From NCBI RefSeq assembly GCF_964204865.1, contig NC_135255.1, positions 7,316,001 through 7,380,000 on the forward strand: DNA of 64,000 nt, given 5' to 3'. The notes below the pieces were generated by a model. That model searched no databases. It was not told where the DNA came from and worked only from the letters and a program-made list of their open reading frames with translations. Source of the stretch: Styela clava (lineage: Eukaryota). Made by a program: the position numbers and the translations under genes. Shown piece after piece: positions 61,401 to 64,000 of this stretch. Position 1 is the stretch's first letter, and each line of letters opens with the position of its first letter.

Positions 61401-63811
61401 GGTCATTCATGTAAAGAAAAAACAGAACACCTAAAATTGAGCCCTGAGGGACGCCACAGGTAAGAAGAACAATTTGAAGACTTTTGACTGTCATTTGATG
61501 AATGCTCAAATTGTGTTCGATTCGTTAAATAGGTAATTAGGAGACGCAGTGATATACCTCGTATACTGTAATGCAATAATTTGTGCAATAATACTTTGTG
61601 GTCTACTGTATTAAATGCTTTTTTTTAAATGTATCAAATGCTTTTTGAATAAACATCCCTGAGATATTTTTTGCGAAAAGTTTCAGCCAAGATCTTTAGT
61701 TATGGAATTCACAATCTCATAACTCTTTTCTTGACATATCGAATTGAACTAATTTTAAGTCTTGCATGAATCGACATTTACTGGCACATTACACAATGTG
61801 GTTTTCATAGCTATGGTTCTGGCATTTAAGCAGCCTCCTGTAATTTTACTCAGAAATGAGTCTGCTCCACTTCTGCATGAGTGAGCATAACTTTACTTTG
61901 AACAAATGCTCTTAAAAAAAATATTAATTGCAAATCGAAGACATACCCTTCTGAACAAATTTAATAACAAAAGCAGAAACATGTGATGAGAGAAAGCCCA
62001 TCCATTGTATGTTGTTACCTTTGCAATATTTTCAAAGCACTTTCTCAAATGAGGTTGAACAGCAGTAGGATCTTTAGTTTGCGAAAGAATCTCAAGAAGT
62101 TCATCATCAGACAGGAAATAAAATCTAGGATGAAAAAATGGAATTTAGAAATAGAATCATAACAAAAGTTGAAGACTAAAGAAATGGCAAATTTACAAAA
62201 ATTTTCAGTAACTAACCTTGGGAATGCAGTTCTTTTTGTCTCAAGATATTCACTCAGTCCTTTCTGTACTTGTTCCAATAATTTATTACATTCTTTCAAA
62301 TTCTCCAAAAGCCGAGAATCAGAGCACAGTGAGATGACCTGATAAACACATTACTTCAATGTTCATGCACATCATGATGACTTATTATCTTATACTCCAT
62401 TATAAAAAAAAAATTGAAAATAATATCAATTCTATTAATCTATATGTATGTGGAAATAAATGAAAGACTACAAAAAATATAATTTAAATTATGATTAATT
62501 TACTGCAATTAGGATGGAACAGAACAAAATAAAATGACTCAGTGACGTGTCCTGCCTTCATGATCAGCCAATAACTATGAACTAACAAGCTTTTGCTTCC
62601 AAATAAATTGAATTCGGATATTCAAAATCAAAATATACTAAACATAGAACAAGTTCTAGATTTACAATTTAAACATCAATGTTAAAATTTTACGATTCAA
62701 GTTCAATTTTATAAACCAATTTTATTCCATTACTTCATGTGTGAAGTTCACAAAGCATGAATGATTAAATTATGATAATTCAAGAATTAATGAAAAAGTT
62801 ATTTACCATTCTTATTCTATTGGAAAGAGCAACTCTACCTGTGTGTTATCATTTGCATTCTTCATAATTTTCCTCCACATTCTTTCCATGGTTTGATATC
62901 TTTTCCCTTCAACAGGTAATTGTCTATTGATATCTTCTGAACTGAAGATCGGTTCTAGGTAGAGCCATGATCTTTGGCAAACCAGCCATTCATCGAGAAC
63001 ATCCTAAATTAAGTAGAAAAAAGTTGAGAGAAATGACAACCACAGTGTCTAAGTCTAAGTAAACTTGTGACAAAGAAGGTAAAAAACCTAACATGTCGAA
63101 TGTTTTGCAACCTTATGTCAAAGGACGAGGTAAAACATTTAAACGTTTTTCACTATGATAAAAAATCAAAACTAAGATCTTCAATAAATATGTATAAAAA
63201 CACACCTGTGTAAGTCTGAGTTTCCCTTCCCATGTAGTGATTCTATCTTCAAATGGTTTCTTGTATGGAGAAAAGGACATTGTTTGTGTCATCACAATAT
63301 GATCATCAAGAAGTTGTGATGCTTCATCTGGTGATTTGATGATAAAAGTACCAGTCTCTTTGTACGATTTCACCTGTCAAAAAATTTTGTGTAAATGTTA
63401 AATTTAATGAGATATAAAATGCTGATGAAAATGTACAATTTTGATAAAAATTCTATGTTGTTCAAAATTTGTCAATGATGAAGTCAGTTCAAAATCCCAA
63501 TCAAACACATACTGTATTACAGTAGTTTCCCAAAAAAAAGAGTTTCTGAACTGTTTTGATAGCTTTACAGGACAGCAAACGTCAATAACAAATTTGCTTT
63601 TTAAAATGGCATGAAATCATTAAAATTTAAGTATTAACTAAACCTTAACTATTTCAAATACCTCAAAGTTCACAGGCTCCCATTCATTCTCCATCTTATC
63701 AAGAGCTTGTTCAATAGAAAATTCTTTTCCTGCAACTTCAGCAACTTTAGCAATTTTATCGATATGATCTGCCAACTTCATCTCAAGACATTTGCTGAAT
63801 GTGAGTGATGC
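19220..63811 (-). CDS. DNAH1: Dynein axonemal heavy chain 1-like (inner-arm dynein), 5'-partial; 60 exons in window, 3145 aa
   Basis: Linker, AAA1 P-loop [11 protein letters not shown]2 [11 protein letters not shown]3 [11 protein letters not shown]4 GVGGSGRQS, stalk/MTBD, AAA5/6 and C-terminus [13 protein letters not shown]...[15 protein letters not shown], which matches my recollection of the DNAH1 C-terminus. Summed exon length 9438 nt is divisible by 3 and phases are consistent. Gene continues beyond the window end. Confidence 0.93.
20125..20300 (-). CDS. DNAH1: DNAH1 exon w59
   Basis: [18 protein letters not shown]. Confidence 0.94.
20437..20626 (+). mobile_element. SINE copy, internally deleted
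   Basis: Head with GGTTCGCAGATTCGATCCC joined directly to the 3' part and tail. Confidence 0.78.
20878..20955 (-). CDS. DNAH1: DNAH1 exon w58
   Basis: [26 protein letters not shown]. Confidence 0.93.
21103..21231 (-). CDS. DNAH1: DNAH1 exon w57
   Basis: [11 protein letters not shown]...[10 protein letters not shown]. Confidence 0.94.
21388..21815. mobile_element. Palindromic MITE with ~100-bp imperfect TIRs
   Basis: GTCAAGGACTTCTAGTTGGCGTGGCA...AATTACGTCAC left arm versus GTGACGTAATT...TGCCACGCCAACTAGAAGTACTGAC right arm. Confidence 0.8.
21838..22019. mobile_element. hAT (Charlie/Tip100-like) MITE, 182 bp
   Basis: TIR CAGGGGTGGGCA / TGCCCACCCCTG; exact 8-bp TSD ATGTAGAT (21830-21837, 22020-22027); internal GGGCCG repeats. 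Confidence 0.9.
22124..22268 (-). CDS. DNAH1: DNAH1 exon w56
   Basis: YNRLL...[10 protein letters not shown]...VPEMWAGK. Confidence 0.93.
23015..23145 (-). CDS. DNAH1: DNAH1 exon w55
   Basis: [20 protein letters not shown]. Confidence 0.93.
23715..23945 (-). mobile_element. SINE copy, highly degenerate
   Basis: GGTGAACCACGG, CCAGTCCA and TTTCAGATGC blocks collinear with other copies. Confidence 0.55.
24152..24322 (-). CDS. DNAH1: DNAH1 exon w54
   Basis: [23 protein letters not shown]. Confidence 0.93.
24966..25142 (-). CDS. DNAH1: DNAH1 exon w53
   Basis: [16 protein letters not shown]. Confidence 0.94.
25824..26003 (-). CDS. DNAH1: DNAH1 exon w52
   Basis: [25 protein letters not shown]. 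Confidence 0.94.
26567..26737 (-). CDS. DNAH1: DNAH1 exon w51
   Basis: [33 protein letters not shown]. Confidence 0.94.
27182..27313 (-). CDS. DNAH1: DNAH1 exon w50
   Basis: GPRAE...[20 protein letters not shown]. Confidence 0.94.
27532..27753 (-). CDS. DNAH1: DNAH1 exon w49
   Basis: LGQRFIEP...[12 protein letters not shown]...ISLGQGQ. Confidence 0.94.
28022..28328 (+). mobile_element. Helentron-associated (HINE/DINE-1-like) non-autonomous element
   Basis: Begins TTATTAC with short inverted repeat, GTYT/GTCT microsatellite at 28066-28098, core GATATCTC..AAATTTCGCATG, 3' hairpin TCGGTGGTCTCCGA, ends in T-run. Confidence 0.6.
28620..28784 (-). CDS. DNAH1: DNAH1 exon w48
   Basis: [10 protein letters not shown]...[14 protein letters not shown]. 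Confidence 0.92.
28984..29260. mobile_element. Foldback/palindromic MITE
   Basis: ~50-bp inverted repeat TAAAACAAGTATTTGTGATAAAAACAGTTAGGTTT vs AAACCTAACTGCTTTTATCACAAATACTTGTTTTA; GCGAAATTTCC-like subrepeats. Confidence 0.75.
29376..29528 (-). CDS. DNAH1: DNAH1 exon w47
   Basis: EWRWLLAGG...[12 protein letters not shown]. Confidence 0.92.
30010..30125 (-). CDS. DNAH1: DNAH1 exon w46
   Basis: [23 protein letters not shown]. Confidence 0.93.
30560..30755 (-). CDS. DNAH1: DNAH1 exon w45
   Basis: [32 protein letters not shown]. Confidence 0.94.
32610..32687 (+). mobile_element. SINE 3' fragment
   Basis: CCGTGGTTCACCATATGATT...GGATAAATATGTAAATCCTACCCT. Confidence 0.72.
32865..33090 (-). CDS. 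DNAH1: DNAH1 exon w44
   Basis: [20 protein letters not shown]...[13 protein letters not shown]. Confidence 0.94.
33473..33633 (-). CDS. DNAH1: DNAH1 exon w43
   Basis: IKLGD...[17 protein letters not shown]. Confidence 0.94.
34281..34454 (-). CDS. DNAH1: DNAH1 exon w42
   Basis: ANKWVKAME...[26 protein letters not shown]. Confidence 0.94.
35003..35224 (-). CDS. DNAH1: DNAH1 exon w41
   Basis: [18 protein letters not shown]...[11 protein letters not shown]. Confidence 0.94.
35380..35528 (+). mobile_element. SINE fragment (B box and central region)
   Basis: GGTTCGCAGGTTCGAATCTT...TAACCGCTGGTC...CACCATCAAGTCCATG. Confidence 0.78.
35716..35918 (-). CDS. DNAH1: DNAH1 exon w40
   Basis: [16 protein letters not shown]...[17 protein letters not shown]. 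Confidence 0.93.
36456..36613 (-). CDS. DNAH1: DNAH1 exon w39 (stalk CC2)
   Basis: [22 protein letters not shown]. Confidence 0.92.
36888..37090. mobile_element. MITE with telomere-like TTAGGG in inverted arms (related fragment at ~25239-25420)
   Basis: ACACCGGAACATAGTATGTGTACCAGGTTAGGGTTAG vs CTAACCCTAACCTGGTACACATACTACGTTCCGGTGT; core TTTTAGTTCTATTACGA shared with 25285-25302. Confidence 0.75.
37368..37528 (-). CDS. DNAH1: DNAH1 exon w38 (MTBD)
   Basis: [14 protein letters not shown]...[14 protein letters not shown]. Confidence 0.93.
37662..37840. mobile_element. Degenerate MITE
   Basis: GTCACGCACCAAGGTAAA vs TTTATCTTGGTGCGCGAC inverted ends. Confidence 0.5.
37931..38092 (-). CDS. DNAH1: DNAH1 exon w37 (MTBD)
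   Basis: [21 protein letters not shown]...DDYWEPGK. Confidence 0.93.
38227..38745. mobile_element. hAT (Charlie-like) non-autonomous element, 519 bp
   Basis: TIR CAGAGGTTTTCAACC / GGTTGAGAACCCCTG; exact 8-bp TSD ATTTAGAA (38219-38226, 38746-38753); subterminal palindrome CTGGGGGTTCGCGAACCCCAG. Confidence 0.9.
39441..39617 (-). CDS. DNAH1: DNAH1 exon w36
   Basis: [29 protein letters not shown]. Confidence 0.92.
40142..40261 (-). CDS. DNAH1: DNAH1 exon w35 (stalk CC1)
   Basis: [25 protein letters not shown]. Confidence 0.92.
40466..40662 (-). CDS. DNAH1: DNAH1 exon w34
   Basis: [14 protein letters not shown]...KTGLDK. Confidence 0.93.
41169..41338 (-). CDS. DNAH1: DNAH1 exon w33
   Basis: [29 protein letters not shown]. 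Confidence 0.94.
41943..42127 (-). CDS. DNAH1: DNAH1 exon w32
   Basis: [15 protein letters not shown]...NLHSIVCMS. Confidence 0.93.
42807..42966 (-). CDS. DNAH1: DNAH1 exon w31
   Basis: [17 protein letters not shown]...[11 protein letters not shown]. Confidence 0.93.
43095..43345 (+). mobile_element. SINE copy, degenerate
   Basis: GGTTTGCAGATTTGAATC, GGTGGTTCA, TTCTTCCACCATC and CACCATATGATT blocks. Confidence 0.6.
43409..43605 (-). CDS. DNAH1: DNAH1 exon w30 (AAA4 P-loop)
   Basis: MKLVLFLDA...[16 protein letters not shown]. Confidence 0.94.
43953..44057 (-). CDS. DNAH1: DNAH1 exon w29
   Basis: [18 protein letters not shown]. Confidence 0.88.
44294..44647 (+). mobile_element. SINE, full-length copy (~350 bp)
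   Basis: A box TGGCGCATCGAG, B box GGTTCGAATCCC (locally duplicated), body and ATCCT tail; explains spurious ORF 44231..44680. Confidence 0.85.
44731..44859 (-). CDS. DNAH1: DNAH1 exon w28
   Basis: [26 protein letters not shown]. Confidence 0.93.
45489..45670 (-). CDS. DNAH1: DNAH1 exon w27
   Basis: [23 protein letters not shown]. Confidence 0.94.
46177..46206 (-). CDS. DNAH1: DNAH1 exon w26, 30-nt microexon
   Basis: tttcag|30 nt|GTGAGT, phase 1-1, encodes [10 protein letters not shown]. Confidence 0.65.
46786..46959 (-). CDS. DNAH1: DNAH1 exon w25
   Basis: [22 protein letters not shown]...IVQSWL. Confidence 0.93.
   Translation of the reverse strand: MISGDLLTSPLSVLWDHQVVEEILSHNVYFDISIMCLALTWKYQARRESLQPLFKAG
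47483..47669 (-). CDS. DNAH1: DNAH1 exon w24
   Basis: [13 protein letters not shown]...[25 protein letters not shown]. Confidence 0.95.
48270..48401 (-). CDS. DNAH1: DNAH1 exon w23 (AAA3 P-loop)
   Basis: [12 protein letters not shown]...[11 protein letters not shown]. Confidence 0.94.
48683..48823 (-). CDS. DNAH1: DNAH1 exon w22
   Basis: IHWKSW...DIIIPTIDT. Confidence 0.91.
49411..49536 (-). CDS. DNAH1: DNAH1 exon w21
   Basis: [18 protein letters not shown]...acidic loop. Confidence 0.9.
50216..50374 (-). CDS. DNAH1: DNAH1 exon w20
   Basis: GEPFLS...[25 protein letters not shown]. Confidence 0.91.
51622..51635. promoter_or_regulatory. X-box-like (RFX) motif in DNAH1 intron
   Basis: GTTGCCATGCCAAC, one mismatch to the palindromic X-box GTTGCCATGGCAAC. 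Confidence 0.3.
52484..52603 (-). CDS. DNAH1: DNAH1 exon w19
   Basis: [16 protein letters not shown]...FFAPLVPKE. Confidence 0.9.
52923..53096 (-). CDS. DNAH1: DNAH1 exon w18
   Basis: [22 protein letters not shown]. Confidence 0.94.
53639..53771 (-). CDS. DNAH1: DNAH1 exon w17
   Basis: [31 protein letters not shown]. Confidence 0.95.
54399..54538 (-). CDS. DNAH1: DNAH1 exon w16
   Basis: [27 protein letters not shown]. Confidence 0.94.
55389..55561 (-). CDS. DNAH1: DNAH1 exon w15 (AAA2 P-loop)
   Basis: [26 protein letters not shown]. Confidence 0.94.
55669..55930 (-). mobile_element. SINE copy
   Basis: GATAGGATAAGATTTACATATTTATCC tail...GGAGTCCAGCAATCGTCTCGCACATAATTATCC...ATTCAAACCTGCGAACCC. 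Confidence 0.82.
56111..56221 (-). CDS. DNAH1: DNAH1 exon w14
   Basis: [19 protein letters not shown]. Confidence 0.92.
56821..56931 (-). CDS. DNAH1: DNAH1 exon w13
   Basis: NLKRE...[20 protein letters not shown]. Confidence 0.93.
57268..57379 (-). CDS. DNAH1: DNAH1 exon w12
   Basis: [27 protein letters not shown]. Confidence 0.94.
57536..57625 (-). CDS. DNAH1: DNAH1 exon w11
   Basis: [30 protein letters not shown]. Confidence 0.94.
57990..58160 (-). CDS. DNAH1: DNAH1 exon w10
   Basis: VLSVVAQQI...[19 protein letters not shown]. Confidence 0.95.
58561..58798 (-). CDS. DNAH1: DNAH1 exon w9 (AAA1 Walker A/B)
   Basis: [14 protein letters not shown]...[13 protein letters not shown]. Confidence 0.96.
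59409..59602 (-). CDS. DNAH1: DNAH1 exon w8
   Basis: VHARDVV...[11 protein letters not shown]...[20 protein letters not shown]. Confidence 0.94.
60206..60390 (-). CDS. DNAH1: DNAH1 exon w7
   Basis: [13 protein letters not shown]...[11 protein letters not shown]. Confidence 0.92.
60528..60741 (-). CDS. DNAH1: DNAH1 exon w6
   Basis: MISGEGEMV...[11 protein letters not shown]...[10 protein letters not shown]. Confidence 0.92.
60828..61660 (-). mobile_element. LINE (CR1/L2/Jockey-group) remnant, RT fragment plus 3' tail, internally deleted
   Basis: Translated pieces [60 protein letters not shown] (RT region preceding the FADD motif); 3' end AATAAAATGATTTGATTGAT. Confidence 0.8.
61108..61399. 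mobile_element. Foldback element built of AGCGACTGT subrepeats, inserted in the LINE remnant
   Basis: Left arm has repeated AGCGACTGTC/GCGAC, right arm the inverted ACAGTCGCT; flanked by direct 9-mer TGGTCATTC (61099-61107, 61400-61408). Confidence 0.78.
62019..62124 (-). CDS. DNAH1: DNAH1 exon w5
   Basis: [35 protein letters not shown]. Confidence 0.93.
62217..62338 (-). CDS. DNAH1: DNAH1 exon w4
   Basis: [22 protein letters not shown]. Confidence 0.92.
62839..63003 (-). CDS. DNAH1: DNAH1 exon w3
   Basis: [32 protein letters not shown]. Confidence 0.92.
63206..63373 (-). CDS. DNAH1: DNAH1 exon w2
   Basis: [12 protein letters not shown]...[21 protein letters not shown]. Confidence 0.92.
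63662..63811 (-). CDS. DNAH1: DNAH1 exon w1
   Basis: [13 protein letters not shown]...[24 protein letters not shown]. Confidence 0.9.
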
Positions 63812-64000
63812 CTGACAAGCAAAAAAGATAATAAATAGCAATAATCACACACTAAAATGATCAACTGAAATAAATGTCTATCATTTTGCAATACAAGTTG
63901 AAATTTGTATAAAAAATCTAGAGTTTTAGCAATTCATACTATCAAGTATCAAATATACTTATTCTCCCACTCAATTTCTCTGGCGCTTCATTTAATTAGA

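Overview
Eukaryotic (invertebrate metazoan, possibly a tunicate; taxon is inference only), AT-rich genomic window with two spliced protein-coding genes, both on the minus strand. (1) A complete, divergent 14-3-3 gene: 7 coding exons, 10954->3200, 255 aa, intron positions of the non-epsilon (zeta/beta/theta) type. (2) The 3' ~three quarters of an axonemal dynein heavy chain, DNAH1-like: 60 exons traced by hand with consistent phases, 9438 nt = 3145 aa + stop, ending ...[15 protein letters not shown]; the 5' part lies beyond position 64000. The rest is introns and intergenic DNA containing a multi-copy tRNA-derived SINE family, three hAT-type non-autonomous DNA transposons with exact 8-bp TSDs, several palindromic/foldback MITEs, a Helentron/DINE-like element and a LINE remnant, including two nested insertions. 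Best second-look items: a 30-nt microexon and a candidate 57-nt cassette exon with downstream (U)GCAUG cluster in the dynein; the divergent 14-3-3; and a CpG-decay contrast between SINE copies that suggests gene-body methylation. There is no evidence for CRISPR, rRNA, genuine tRNA genes or a novel multi-gene system.
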